Below, piece by piece: positions 29,304 to 39,314 of a stretch of DNA of 64,000 nt (positions are counted from its first letter, which is position 1; every line of letters begins with the position of its first letter). This DNA comes from an uncultured Candidatus Saccharibacteria bacterium (GTDB taxonomy: Bacteria > Patescibacteriota > Doudnabacteria > UBA920): NCBI GenBank assembly GCA_964532425.1, contig CAZHIA010000007.1:64008-128007 (forward strand). Direction: 5' to 3'. The position numbers were made by a program, and so were the translations under genes. Under the pieces are notes generated by a model, which was not told the DNA's origin, ran no database searches, and saw nothing but the letters and a program-made list of their open reading frames with translations.

Positions 29304-29499
29304 GCAGGCTGAACTAACGCTGATAAGTTGTGCGAGTACTGAATTTATTACCACAATCAGGTTTGGTGAACATATCGTATTCAGCAATCTTTCGGCGTCG
29401 AAATCAGCGTGCATTCAGCGGTATGGGGTGTTTGCTCCTTGTCTGTCTATATGATAAAATCATTAAAGAATTCTTAAATACTAAGACTTTAAGGAACGC

Positions 29500-30288
29500 A
29501 TGTCAAACAAAACTCTCAGCATCATCGTAGCTGTGATTGTTATCCTGTTCGCAGGAGGAATATACGGCTACCGCGTCTATTCGAACAGGCAGGCAGCGGA
29601 AGTTGAAGGAACCGAACCGGAAGCCAGTACTCCACCCGGATCGACGGAACTCCAACAAGCGGCCCAGCAGCAAGCGACCACGACACCTCAACAACCAACT
29701 AATCAACCAGCCATGAATCAGCCCACTGCCGGCAACTGCCAACGCAATTTTAATCCGGACACATTAAAGAATGCCAAAGTTGACATTGCCAATCGCACCG
29801 TCGAGATGGACATTAAAGATTTTGGCAAAGTCCAGGTGCAGCTGTACGACAAGGATGCACCTAAGACCGTGGAGAACTTTTTGCGGCTGACTAATGCCGG
29901 TTACTATAACTGCCTGACCTTCCACCGCATCGCCCAGGACTTCGTCATTCAAGGAGGGGACCCGACCGGAACCGGTTCGGGAGGGGATAGCGCCTTCGGC
30001 GGTGAATTTGCGGACGAGCTAAATCCGGAAACGCCGAGCTATAAAGCCGGGTATGTTAAAGGCGTCCTGGCCATGGCTAATCGCGGACCGAATACCAACA
30101 CCAGCCAGTTCTTCATTATGCTAGCAGACCGTCCGTTGCCGAATAACTATACTATTTTCGGAAAAGTCATAGCCGGTCAGGATGTCGTCGACAAGATCGG
30201 CAAAGTGCCGGTTACTCCTCAAATGGGTCCGACCGATGGAGCTCCCAAAGTTCCGGTGGTTATGGAGAGTGTTAAGATTATCAAGTAG
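29500..30288 (+). CDS. Membrane-anchored cyclophilin-type peptidyl-prolyl isomerase
   Basis: APKTVENF, FHRIAQDFVIQGGDPTGTG, LAMANRGPNTNTSQFFI. Confidence 0.95.
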   Translation: MSNKTLSIIVAVIVILFAGGIYGYRVYSNRQAAEVEGTEPEASTPPGSTELQQAAQQQATTTPQQPTNQPAMNQPTAGNCQRNFNPDTLKNAKVDIANRTVEMDIKDFGKVQVQLYDKDAPKTVENFLRLTNAGYYNCLTFHRIAQDFVIQGGDPTGTGSGGDSAFGGEFADELNPETPSYKAGYVKGVLAMANRGPNTNTSQFFIMLADRPLPNNYTIFGKVIAGQDVVDKIGKVPVTPQMGPTDGAPKVPVVMESVKIIK

Positions 30289-30376
30289 CATTTAACATTT
30301 AACACCTGACATTTAACCTTTGACAGCTGCAATTGCAGGAAGTCAAATGTCACATGTCATATGTCAAAGGTTTTCT
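30288..30376. repeat. 7-bp-period inverted tandem-repeat hairpin, family copy 2
   Basis: catttaacatttaac..tgacattt ... gtcaaatgtcacatgtcatatgtcaaagg. Confidence 0.85.
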
Positions 30377-30379
30377 AAA

Positions 30380-30874
30380 ATGGAACGATCACTCGTTTTG
30401 CTCAAACCCGATGCGGTTGACCGCGGACTCGTCGGAGAAATTATCCAGCGCTTCGAGCGCGTGGGTCTCAAGATCGCCGGTTTAAAAATGCTCCACCCCA
30501 AGCGCGAGCATGCCGAGAAACATTATACGGAAGATCTGACCATCCGCCGCGGGCAGCATGTCCGTGACCTTATGATCGAGATGTTGACTTCAGGTCCTAT
30601 CGTAGCCGTATGCCTGGAAGGCGTAGAAGCGGTGGAACTGGTCCGTAAGATGGTCGGCACCACCGAGCCGAAGTCTGCCGCTCCGGGAACCATCCGCGGC
30701 GATTACGCGCATGTCTCGTTCAAGCACGCGGATGAAAAGAAGATCGGCGTGTATAATCTCATTCATGCCTCCGGCAGCGTTGAAGAAGCCAAGCAGGAAG
30801 TGGATGTCTGGTTCGCGCCGGAAGAGCTTGTTGACCATAAACCGGCGTATACGCAGAAGACGATAGCGTACTAG
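30380..30874 (+). CDS. ndk: Nucleoside diphosphate kinase
   Basis: ERSLVLLKPDAV.RGLVGEII.RFE, PGTIRGDY, NLIHAS. Confidence 0.96.
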   Translation: MERSLVLLKPDAVDRGLVGEIIQRFERVGLKIAGLKMLHPKREHAEKHYTEDLTIRRGQHVRDLMIEMLTSGPIVAVCLEGVEAVELVRKMVGTTEPKSAAPGTIRGDYAHVSFKHADEKKIGVYNLIHASGSVEEAKQEVDVWFAPEELVDHKPAYTQKTIAY

Positions 30875-30986
30875 GGGACAAGTAAGGAGTAAATAGTAAA
30901 CAGCGATAAGTAGGGGCGGGCATTGCCCGCCCTTTAAAGTTTCAAAAACAGCCATATTTATTAATAATATGGCTGTTTTTTGGTTA

Positions 30987-31015
30987 TTGACATTTTGCCT
31001 AAAAAATGCTATAAT
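30987..31015 (+). promoter_or_regulatory. Consensus sigma70 promoter of the 31-34 kb array
   Basis: TTGACA-17-TATAAT. Confidence 0.8.
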
Positions 31016-31049
31016 TATAGGAAAATTTGAACTGGAGGGTTTAAATCAT

Positions 31050-31295
31050 ATGTCTCGCAAAGAGAAGATTTTTGAAGCCGCGGTGTACAGTTTAATCGCG
31101 GCTAGTGTCCTTTTCATCGGCCTCTTGGCAATCACTGCCCCTCACAATCCGCAGCTGGCCAACCGCCCGGCTGCGACTACGGCCGTCCAGAAGAAAGAAG
31201 CACCGAAAAGACAAGGTATGTCTGACGCGGCCATCGTCGGCGCCACGCTCGGCGGCCCTGAAGGTATGATGGCAGCCGAACTGCTCTTTAACTAG
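31050..31295 (+). CDS. Small membrane protein
   Basis: SD GGAGG; one TM segment. Confidence 0.7.
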   Translation: MSRKEKIFEAAVYSLIAASVLFIGLLAITAPHNPQLANRPAATTAVQKKEAPKRQGMSDAAIVGATLGGPEGMMAAELLFN

Positions 31296-31396
31296 TTCGG
31301 TACGAGACATTCGCACCAGTCCCGAACATCGCTTCGGGACCATTCTTGAGCCTATTTGTGCAAACGGGCTCAAGAGTGAACAGGAGGAATTTTAGA

Positions 31397-31894
31397 ATGG
31401 AAAACCGGAATGAGTTGCCAGCAGGCTTTGATGACGGCTTTTGGGCCCTCGTCGGTGTTTGTTTTTTAGTCTCCCTGCTCTTCTGGATCGGTGTATGGGA
31501 CTTCCAGGAGTATCTGAAGTCTTTCAGCACCGAGGCAATCCACGTGAACGCGGTTGTCGCCGGCAAGGGCGACATACAGCGCTTTAACCTTGAGCAGGGT
31601 GCCACGACGGGCACTGCTGTGGCTGTAGGTACAGCCTTGGCCGGTGGCAGCAAGAAAGCCGTTGCGATCAATGGCATCGCGAGCACACTCACCTCGGGGT
31701 TTCTTTCTGCCGAAGGCTGCCGCATGCCGCTCACTGTAGAAGGTGAACCCAAGCTCCTCAAAGCGCCGGAAGAAGCATGCAAATCCGGTAAGTTTCCGGC
31801 CGGTACTGCTGTGACCATCAAAAAGGTCACGGAGTACCGTAGTCTCGGTGATCCGCACACCAAGACCGTCAACAAGGTCTGGTACGAGTGGTAA
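31397..31894 (+). CDS. Membrane-anchored hypothetical protein
   Basis: SD CAGGAGG; TM then beta-rich domain. Confidence 0.72.
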   Translation: MENRNELPAGFDDGFWALVGVCFLVSLLFWIGVWDFQEYLKSFSTEAIHVNAVVAGKGDIQRFNLEQGATTGTAVAVGTALAGGSKKAVAINGIASTLTSGFLSAEGCRMPLTVEGEPKLLKAPEEACKSGKFPAGTAVTIKKVTEYRSLGDPHTKTVNKVWYEW

Positions 31895-31927
31895 CCAGGT
31901 ATTCAATCGGATTTCCGGAGGCATGAT

Positions 31928-32347
31928 ATGACCGATTTCTTGAATGAATTATTCGAATCAATCTCGTTCATGTGGTCTGATGGTGCGCCTGGCAAGGTAG
32001 TTACGGTTTTGGTCCTAGCCGTATTAGTGATACTTGCTGGATTGGTGGCGTGGGGGCTATACGCGCTGCTGGAGTCGGCGTTCATATCGACCCGCGCTGC
32101 CATTGGTACGGTGGTAAAGAAGGAATATCAACCGGAGACCAGTGACTACATTTATATCGATGGAATTCCGTATCCTTCCACTTCCGGCCCCTCTTATAAC
32201 CTCCTTGTTGAAACGCAAGGGGAATATGGGTGGATTTCCGTAACGCCGGAGTTCTATACCAAGGTCAAGGTCGGCAGACAAGTCCGCGTCGCTATCGGAC
32301 ACGGCCGGCTTACCGGTAAGTTGCAAGTAAAGCAGATTTATGGCTAA
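31928..32347 (+). CDS. Membrane-anchored beta-rich protein, paralog of 33009
   Basis: SD GGAGG; ends YNLLV..GWISV.PE.Y..VGRQVRV...QVKQIYG. Confidence 0.75.
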   Translation: MTDFLNELFESISFMWSDGAPGKVVTVLVLAVLVILAGLVAWGLYALLESAFISTRAAIGTVVKKEYQPETSDYIYIDGIPYPSTSGPSYNLLVETQGEYGWISVTPEFYTKVKVGRQVRVAIGHGRLTGKLQVKQIYG

Positions 32348-32441
32348 CCAGCCGTCGTCTGTATCCCCAAGCTGAGCGCTTGGGGACCTTTCTCCAGTCT
32401 CCCGAAGGGGGATTGAAGATTGGTACCCTTAAGGAGGGAAT

Positions 32442-32900
32442 ATGGATATGATTTTTTCGATTGTTGTCGGACTCGTGATCTACGTGCTTGGGTATTGGCT
32501 CATCGGGCTTCCTATGGCCCGAAAAGGCCTGGAAGTATGGAAGAGGAGCTACCCGACCGGGAGCAATGGCGGATTTTGGGGATTCATTCTTTTCCCGGTG
32601 ATGAGTTCCGAGGGAAATGTGGGTAGCATCTGTCAATCGACGTTTTTGATGAGCACGATTGGGAGCTTTGACCTATTCAGCTGTTGGGAAAATGAACGCC
32701 TTGAAGCGGAACACAAGTACATTACCGCTTCGGCTGCGTTTTGGCCATCGCGTATAGCGTTCAATCTGATCGCGATGGCGGTCATGACCGTCTTAGGCCT
32801 ATTGGGTCTGGTCTTAATGGCCTTCATTGAAGGTCTGCCGGCACTGGCCTCAAAGGCGTACAAGTCCGTGACCGGCCAGCGGGCTACGACAAGCAGTTGA
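32442..32900 (+). CDS. Hypothetical membrane protein
   Basis: SD AAGGAGG; 2-3 hydrophobic segments. Confidence 0.72.
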   Translation: MDMIFSIVVGLVIYVLGYWLIGLPMARKGLEVWKRSYPTGSNGGFWGFILFPVMSSEGNVGSICQSTFLMSTIGSFDLFSCWENERLEAEHKYITASAAFWPSRIAFNLIAMAVMTVLGLLGLVLMAFIEGLPALASKAYKSVTGQRATTSS

Positions 32901-33008
32901 CGTCAATCGGACAACGGCACCCGAAGCTTCGGCTTCGGGACCTTTCTTGAGTCCACAAGACTTGTGGGTTCAAGATTGGTACAGAAACCAAAAAAGGAGG
33001 ACTTGAAT

Positions 33009-33494
33009 ATGAAGAGCGGATCTGATTTTGATTCCGTGTGGTCTGCCCTGCGTGAAATGGTTTCGGTCCTCTATGGACTGGTAGTTACATACGCGCTGTT
33101 TATCGCGGGTATCTACCAAAGTGGAGGATGGTGGCGGGTGGTCGCGGTTGTTGTAGCAATCGCTACTCTTTTGCTGATCGTGGCGTGCGTGATCGCATTC
33201 AGCGTGATGCTGGACAAGGCTTGGTTGCCGGTCCGGCAGGCAAAAGCCATACTGCTCCGCAAAGACAGTCCGGTAGGCTCGGCTTCGGTGGAATATGCAG
33301 GCCAAAGGGTACAGGTGGGCGTCATCGTCGAGGTGACCGGATTCAACCTATTATTTGGCCTCCCGGAAGGCAGGGCCTGGGTTGAGGTGCCGGTTGAGGT
33401 CTACCAATACCTTGCGCTCGGCAAATACTACCGCGTGGACTATACGCGGACCCGCTGGGGCGGGGAGATCAAGGTCATCCAAATCTACGCTTAG
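33009..33494 (+). CDS. Membrane-anchored beta-rich protein, paralog of 31928
   Basis: SD AAGGAGG; ends FNLLF..AWVEV..E.Y..LGKYYRV...KVIQIYA. Confidence 0.75.
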   Translation: MKSGSDFDSVWSALREMVSVLYGLVVTYALFIAGIYQSGGWWRVVAVVVAIATLLLIVACVIAFSVMLDKAWLPVRQAKAILLRKDSPVGSASVEYAGQRVQVGVIVEVTGFNLLFGLPEGRAWVEVPVEVYQYLALGKYYRVDYTRTRWGGEIKVIQIYA

Positions 33495-33571
33495 GCCGGT
33501 ACGAAGGTGCCGGTCTTTTCTTATTGCTGTTTTTTCAGCGGTCTGGTAGAATGGTCCTTCAAGGAGGAACC

Positions 33572-33865
33572 ATGAATTTGCATCTGCCTACTTGGTGGGA
33601 CATTTTCAGCCAGGCGGGGATACTCCTCAGTGTAGTCGGATATCTCATGCTAGCCAAAAAGAACAGATGGGGCTGGGTTATTGGCCTCGCTTCGCAGCCG
33701 TTCTGGTTTTATTCATCCATTACCAACCATCAGATTGGGATCATAATAAACACGGTATTCTTTTCCGCTGCCCAGCTCTACGGTATCTGGAAATGGTTCG
33801 GTCACAATCCGGAATGCGAGGGAAAAAAGCTGGTTCTTCAGACTGCCAAAGACGAGGTTGTGTAG
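33572..33865 (+). CDS. Small 3-TM protein resembling half-size PnuC/SemiSWEET-like transporters
   Basis: KKNRWGWVIGLASQPFW...QLYGIWKW; SD AAGGAGG. Confidence 0.6.
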   Translation: MNLHLPTWWDIFSQAGILLSVVGYLMLAKKNRWGWVIGLASQPFWFYSSITNHQIGIIINTVFFSAAQLYGIWKWFGHNPECEGKKLVLQTAKDEVV

Positions 33866-33867
33866 TC

Positions 33868-33987
33868 ATGTTTGAAGAACCGGATACACCTCCGCAAAAT
33901 CGTTTTCCGGCGGGACTGGCGCTTCCCACAATTTTGGCAGTGCTCGCTATTGCGGCGATCGTGGTTTTCTATGCCGCGGCCCATTGA
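33868..33987 (+). CDS. 39-aa single-TM peptide
   Basis: ATG 2 bp after previous stop; hydrophobic C-terminal half; terminator follows. Confidence 0.5.
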   Translation: MFEEPDTPPQNRFPAGLALPTILAVLAIAAIVVFYAAAH

Positions 33988-34130
33988 TGCGCGTACCTCT
34001 TGCCTTGCCTTGTAATCGGGGCAGGGCTTTTATAAACAACAAAGACCGGTTTTGAACCGGTCCCTGCTTCAGCGTTAATTCAGCCTGCCTACCGGCAGGC
34101 AGGCGTACCTGTCAGCGCATGATCAGCGGT

Positions 34131-35636
34131 TTATTTCTTGCGAAAAAATCTCGGTAGTTTGAAGTCCTGCAATTTGAGTTCCTTAACGCGCTGGATAATG
34201 CCTTTGTCATGCTCGTTAAGGTAGTGGCGGATTTTGTTGCGCGCACTGCTGGTCTTGGCTGCAGCCAGCCAGTCGCGGGAAATGACTGCCTCTTTTTTTG
34301 ACTTGATGATTTCGACCACGTCGCCTTTGTTGAGTTCGTCGGTGATTTTTGCCATCTTGCCGTTGACCTTGGCGCCCATCATGTGGTAGCCGAGGTCGCT
34401 GTGTACCGCAAAAGCAAAATCAATAACCGTGGCGCCGACCGGCAGGTCTTTAATGTCGCCTTGCGGTGTAAAGACAAAAATGCGGTCACGGAAAAAGTCG
34501 ATTTTTAGACTTTCTAAATATTCTTCCGGGTCCGTGGTTTCTTCCTGCCAGGATTGCAATTCTTTGATCCAGTTGGCCTGCAGGCGGCCGGCCTCTTCCG
34601 GTTTGCCTTCCTCAGTATAGAACCAGTGGGCGGCAATGCCGCGCTCCGCCTCTTCGTGCATAAGGTCGGTGCGAATCTGTAATTCAAACACGTTCCCGTG
34701 CTGGTCGAACACGGTGGTGTGCAGGCTCTGGTAGCCGTTTGGCTTGGGCGTGCTGATAAAATCCTTAATGCGTCCCGGCACCGGCTGGAAGTGCTTATGG
34801 ATGATCCCTAAAATAGCGTAGCAATCAGCCGTGGATTTGGAGATGATGCGTAAGGCGATAATATCGTAAATTTTCGTGATATCGCCGTCATACTTTTTGA
34901 GTTTGTTGAACAGGGAATAGAGCCGTTTAACGCGACCGGAAATTTCCATGTATTTCTGTCCTTCTGTCCTGAAAATGTGCGCGAGCTTCTTTTCCATGTC
35001 CTTCAGAGACTCTTCGCGTTTCTGCAAGGCCTCTTCCAGCTTATTCTTAGTCTCGGCATATTCCTTCGGGTACACGATCTCGAACGCCAGGTCTTCCAGC
35101 TCGTCTTTCCAAGCTCCAATGCCCAGGCGTCCGGCAATGGGCGCATACATCTCCAGCGTCTCCAGTGCCACCTTGTGCTGCTTCTGCGGCGGGAGATGTT
35201 CAATGGTTCGCATGTTGTGGAGCCGGTCGGCCAACTTGATGAGAATGACGCGCACGTCTTCGCCCGTGGCGATGAACAACTTGCGCAGGTTTTCCACGTA
35301 CATCTTGTCTTTGGCTTCCTTCAGCCGGACCTGACCGAGCTTGGTTACGCCGTCAATGAGCCGGGCGACCTCTTCTCCGAATTTTTCTTTGATAGTGTCC
35401 AGAGTGACTTGGGTATCTTCCGGAACATCATGCATTAGTGTTGCTGCCAGTGTCGGTACGTCCGGAAAAATCTGTCCGAGAATAATAGCTGCACCTTGCG
35501 GATGGACGAAGTAGTCTTCGCCGCTCTTGCGTTTCTGTCCGTCGTGGGCATTTTGGGCAAGATCAAAAGCGTCCTGAAGGATCTTTTCTTCCTCTGGAGA
35601 GAATTTATGCGGGATACTTTTGAGAAAATTGTCCAT
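34131..35636 (-). CDS. rel: RelA/SpoT family (p)ppGpp synthetase/hydrolase (HD + SYNTH + TGS, no ACT)
   Basis: AHDGQKRKSGE.YF.HP, HDVPED, IKLADRLHNMRT, PKPNGYQSLHT, ELQIRT, DFAFAVHS. Confidence 0.95.
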   Translation of the reverse strand: MDNFLKSIPHKFSPEEEKILQDAFDLAQNAHDGQKRKSGEDYFVHPQGAAIILGQIFPDVPTLAATLMHDVPEDTQVTLDTIKEKFGEEVARLIDGVTKLGQVRLKEAKDKMYVENLRKLFIATGEDVRVILIKLADRLHNMRTIEHLPPQKQHKVALETLEMYAPIAGRLGIGAWKDELEDLAFEIVYPKEYAETKNKLEEALQKREESLKDMEKKLAHIFRTEGQKYMEISGRVKRLYSLFNKLKKYDGDITKIYDIIALRIISKSTADCYAILGIIHKHFQPVPGRIKDFISTPKPNGYQSLHTTVFDQHGNVFELQIRTDLMHEEAERGIAAHWFYTEEGKPEEAGRLQANWIKELQSWQEETTDPEEYLESLKIDFFRDRIFVFTPQGDIKDLPVGATVIDFAFAVHSDLGYHMMGAKVNGKMAKITDELNKGDVVEIIKSKKEAVISRDWLAAAKTSSARNKIRHYLNEHDKGIIQRVKELKLQDFKLPRFFRKK

Positions 35637-35916
35637 AGAAACATTTGGAGAGACAACCTAAAGGTTTTCTCTTCCAATACCTCTCTTTCCAATATAGGAT
35701 TCTCGGGTGCGAAGTAAATTCGACACCCTCGAAGCTATAGATATTATGACGGAAATTAAGGAGGTTATCAAATTTATATGGTACGGATGTTAGTGTAGGG
35801 GAGGGTTCCTCCTACGCTAAAGCTTCGGCGGACAAGCGCGACCGGCCCGTACGGCGCTAAAAGAAACTATTTTATCAAAAAGAACCACCACAAAAAGAGT
35901 ATGTGTGGTGGTTTGA

Positions 35917-36135
35917 TCAAATGGCGATCGAGGGAATGTCGGCGGAGAACAACGGGCGCTGCTTGCGGGCGTCCTTAGCTGCACCGGCGACACTGTACTT
36001 AAAAATGCGGATGTGCTTACGCGGCGCTTTCTGCTTACCGCTTAGTCTGCCGGTGTGAAAGTCCGAGTAGATCCGGTGCAGCGGTACCCCAAGCTGCTCG
36101 GCAGCTTCCTTAGGCGGGATTCCCTGCTTGGCCAT
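35917..36135 (-). CDS. Small excisionase-like helix-turn-helix protein
   Basis: PKEAAEQLGVPLHRIY...GRL; SD AAGGAGGT. Confidence 0.65.
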   Translation of the reverse strand: MAKQGIPPKEAAEQLGVPLHRIYSDFHTGRLSGKQKAPRKHIRIFKYSVAGAAKDARKQRPLFSADIPSIAI

Positions 36136-36287
36136 GATATACCTCCTTGGTATAATTGGTGTAGTAATTTCAAGCATTTATAATTGGCGTCATCCTGAGT
36201 CCCGAATGCATCTGAGGGCGAAGGATCTCAAATGAGATTCTTCGGTCGTCTGACTTCCTCAGAATGACGCTGTGTAAACAAATCCCT

Positions 36288-37214
36288 ATGCCAGAGCTTC
36301 CTGAAGTTCAAACCATTGTAACCGAACTGAATAGAAAACTCAAGGGCCGGAAAATTCAGGCCGTGAAAGTCAATGCCCCGAAGATGATCAGTATCGGCCC
36401 CCATACGGTCAGTAATGTCAGAACAGTTAAAAGTTCTCAAGTTATCAAGTTTCAAGAACTGCTCAAAGGGTTAAAGATTGAAAGTGTCAGGCGCCGGGCC
36501 AAGCTTTTGATTTTTGATTTGTCTAGCCCACTTTCCATGCTGGTACATTTAAAAATGACCGGACAGTTTATTTTCGAGGACCAGGCCCAGTACAAAAAAA
36601 CTGGCGGCAAGTATCGCATTCTCAACAAATTGAATGCGCCTCTCGTGGAATTGCCTTCTAAACATACTCATGTCGTGTTTGATTTTACTGACGGATCGCA
36701 TTTATATTTTAATGACGTGCGGAAGTTCGGGTACTTGAAACTGGTGCCGGATGACGAGATAGATAAGGTAAAAGATCTCAAGGGGTACGGGCCTGAACCA
36801 CTGGATAAAAAGTTCACTTATGGTCTCTTTGCGGAAATTATGAAGCGGCGGCCGAACGGCAAAATCAAGCAGGTACTTATGGATTCAATGCTGATTGCCG
36901 GCATCGGAAATATTTATAGCGACGAGATCCTTTTTCATGCCAGGGTTCGTCCGGTGCGCACTATTTCATCATTGACTGAAAAAGAATTGAAGGCTGTCTA
37001 TAAGTATATCCCGATCGTACTCAAGAAGGGGATTGAGGCCAAAGGTTCTTCGGTCGGTGATTTTATCCGCACTGACGGTAGTTGGGGGCAGATGGGTAAA
37101 TTCCACTACGTCTATGGCCGCGGCGGCCTACCCTGTAAAAAATGCGGCACCACCATCGAAACCGTTAAGATGAACGGCCGGACAGGGAGTTTTTGCTCTC
37201 ATTGCCAAAAATAA
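36288..37214 (+). CDS. mutM: Formamidopyrimidine-DNA glycosylase
   Basis: MPELPEV, HLKMTG, DVRKFG, AGIGNIYSDE, C-terminal zinc finger. Confidence 0.96.
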   Translation: MPELPEVQTIVTELNRKLKGRKIQAVKVNAPKMISIGPHTVSNVRTVKSSQVIKFQELLKGLKIESVRRRAKLLIFDLSSPLSMLVHLKMTGQFIFEDQAQYKKTGGKYRILNKLNAPLVELPSKHTHVVFDFTDGSHLYFNDVRKFGYLKLVPDDEIDKVKDLKGYGPEPLDKKFTYGLFAEIMKRRPNGKIKQVLMDSMLIAGIGNIYSDEILFHARVRPVRTISSLTEKELKAVYKYIPIVLKKGIEAKGSSVGDFIRTDGSWGQMGKFHYVYGRGGLPCKKCGTTIETVKMNGRTGSFCSHCQK

Positions 37215-37422
37215 TTCGCTTCTATTGTCATTGCGAGCCCCGCCCTTTTTGCATCAAAAGGGTGGGGCGAAGCAATCTTTCCACATTGTGAAATAATAGA
37301 TTGCTTCGTTATTCGGATGCACTCATTCCTCGCAATGACAGTTGTAGGGGCGGGTCTGTGACCCGCCCAATGTTTTTGAAATAAAAATCCGCCCCAGTCA
37401 TTCGACGGGGCGGATTGTGCGT

Positions 37423-37959
37423 TTACAGTTGGTCGGTGTATTCGCGCATAGATCGTTGGAGCTGTAGAGACTTTTTGCGCAAGTCTGCACGTAACCCATT
37501 GAGGCGCTCAAGGGCCAGAGGGAGGTGCGAGATGGTGCTTATATCGGCCTCGGCAATGAGGAATCCATAGAGTTTGGATAACTCTTCGCGAACCAGGAAC
37601 CCGATCTCGCACGGGCTGGTTGATACGGCAGTGCGCTTGATGGCGACTATTTGCCCGTGTCCGAGCCAATTCTCGCAGCGCTGGCGGGACCATCCCGTAG
37701 CTAAAGCGAGAAATTCTTCCTCGGCTAGTGCTCCACAAACTACCCTCGGCTGGATTTTGTCTTCGGTAAATGCTTCCGTAAATGTTTGGTACAGGTGATA
37801 GAGGGGGCTGTTTGCCGTGCGGTAGAACAAGTGGATGTCCGACCCGAACAGGTTCAGTGTATCGCTGTGAGAATTCACGTGGAAGAGAATCCGGACAATT
37901 ACCCGGGATTGACTCTCTTTGTTAAGCCATTTCCAAAATGTTTGCGCTTCGCTACTCAT
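37423..37959 (-). CDS. Hypothetical protein
   Basis: SD GGAGG; promoter TTGACA-18-TATACT on minus strand; terminator at 37386-37416. Confidence 0.7.
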   Translation of the reverse strand: MSSEAQTFWKWLNKESQSRVIVRILFHVNSHSDTLNLFGSDIHLFYRTANSPLYHLYQTFTEAFTEDKIQPRVVCGALAEEEFLALATGWSRQRCENWLGHGQIVAIKRTAVSTSPCEIGFLVREELSKLYGFLIAEADISTISHLPLALERLNGLRADLRKKSLQLQRSMREYTDQL

Positions 37960-38169
37960 ATATCCTCCAGTTGCCTAGGGTAACCCGTCGGCTATGGTTT
38001 TTGATTGCCTCTTGGCAATCTGCGTAGTATAGAAGGAATAGGTGAGGGGTGTCAAACGGGTAAGGTTCCGAGTAGTTTGCAATGTAAGGAACGGTCTAGA
38101 CCGTTCCCTACGAAAACTGTTGCATAAATTGAAAAACACGGACACCCTGAATGGGGTGTCCGTGTAGTG

Positions 38170-38559
38170 TTACGCGGCAGCTTTGGCGGCTGCCGGCGTC
38201 AAATCGAAGGAGAGAAACATCTGGGGGCCGGTGTCCATCGACAGGTATGCTTGGGGGTGCGGAGGAAAGCCGACTTTGTACCACGGAAGCTTTTCCGTCA
38301 GCCGAGCTTGCAAGATCAGACGGTGGCGAATGATCGTCCCTGTCGCTTCGTCTTTTACCTCCACAACCTTAACCGGTTCCCAGCAGGCAATCCGAATCTG
38401 GTGGCGACCGTTCTGCCCGTCTTGATTGACGAACTCCGCGGTTAGCTGGGTTTCGTCATCCAGTTTCCCTGTCGGGGTTAACGGTACGGTGCGGGCGAAC
38501 TCTCGGTATGGTTCCAATTCCGGGATCTTCGTTTCGGTGTCTCTATCTATTACTCTCAT
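38170..38559 (-). CDS. Hypothetical protein
   Basis: SD AAGGAGG; TTGACA promoter upstream; terminator at 38136-38165. Confidence 0.68.
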   Translation of the reverse strand: MRVIDRDTETKIPELEPYREFARTVPLTPTGKLDDETQLTAEFVNQDGQNGRHQIRIACWEPVKVVEVKDEATGTIIRHRLILQARLTEKLPWYKVGFPPHPQAYLSMDTGPQMFLSFDLTPAAAKAAA

Positions 38560-38661
38560 TTTAACTGCTATTCCTCCTTTCGCCATTGCTGTATGGTAAG
38601 GCCAGAAAGCGGGTATTGTCAAGTGAAGTTTTACTTATGGTATATTGCAGGGAATGTTTCC

Positions 38662-38824
38662 TGTAGGGGCGTGCGACTTTATCCGCCGAAGTCTTGGCGT
38701 AGGCGGGAGTTGTCCGTCGTACGTTAATAAATATTCCCATATGATAGTTCCAGCGGGCGCCTGACGGCTGCCCCTACGCTGCAAGGCACACCTGTCTGTT
38801 GTAGGGGCGTGCGACAGCAGCCCG
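38662..38824. repeat. Cluster of GTAGGGGC-type REP-like palindromes
   Basis: tgtaggggcgtgcgac x2 and cggctgcccctacgctgca; related copies near 10684, 10880, 30910, 37343, 41897 and 52795. Confidence 0.8.
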
Positions 38825-38964
38825 TTCTCCTGATGATTTTGTGATGCGCTTTAACTGGCGCCTGAGGGCTGGTCGCCCACAAGAAAAGCCTGCCGAATTC
38901 TGCTCTGGGGAACCTTTGGCACCGGGATGGCCGCATGTTAGAATACCAGTGAAAGGAAAATCCT

Positions 38965-39192
38965 ATGGAAACCAATATCAACCCGGTGCCAAAACCAGTC
39001 AGCCAGGAACAAATGTTGCAGGAAATTTACGAAAATACCCGCAAGACTATGAATTACATGAAGTGGCAGCTCTATATAACCATTGCCCTGGTGGTCTTGC
39101 CGCTGCTGGCTACGCTTATTATGATCCCGGTCCTCATGAAGAGCTTGAGTACGCTTGGTGGCGTATATGGGGCCGGTGGTCTTTTACAGTAA
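38965..39192 (+). CDS. Small single-TM hypothetical protein
   Basis: 75 aa with hydrophobic LYITIALVVLPLLATLIMIP. Confidence 0.72.
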   Translation: METNINPVPKPVSQEQMLQEIYENTRKTMNYMKWQLYITIALVVLPLLATLIMIPVLMKSLSTLGGVYGAGGLLQ

Positions 39193-39197
39193 CATTA

Positions 39198-39307
39198 ACA
39201 CGAATATGATACGGATATACGGATAGGTGCTGATGATACGGATAATACTGATGAGGTCCCATCCGTATCCATCAGTATCATCCGCATGCATCCGTATATC
39301 GGTATCT
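39198..39307. repeat. Inverted tandem-repeat hairpin (atacgga/tccgtat type)
   Basis: gatacggatatacggata..gatacggataatactgatg ... catccgtatccatcagtatc..catccgtatatcggtatc. Confidence 0.8.
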
Positions 39308-39314
39308 CACAATT

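Noticed and set aside
35917-36135. Prophage or integrative element suggested by the excisionase-like HTH gene
   Set aside because: No integrase, att repeats or phage structural genes nearby
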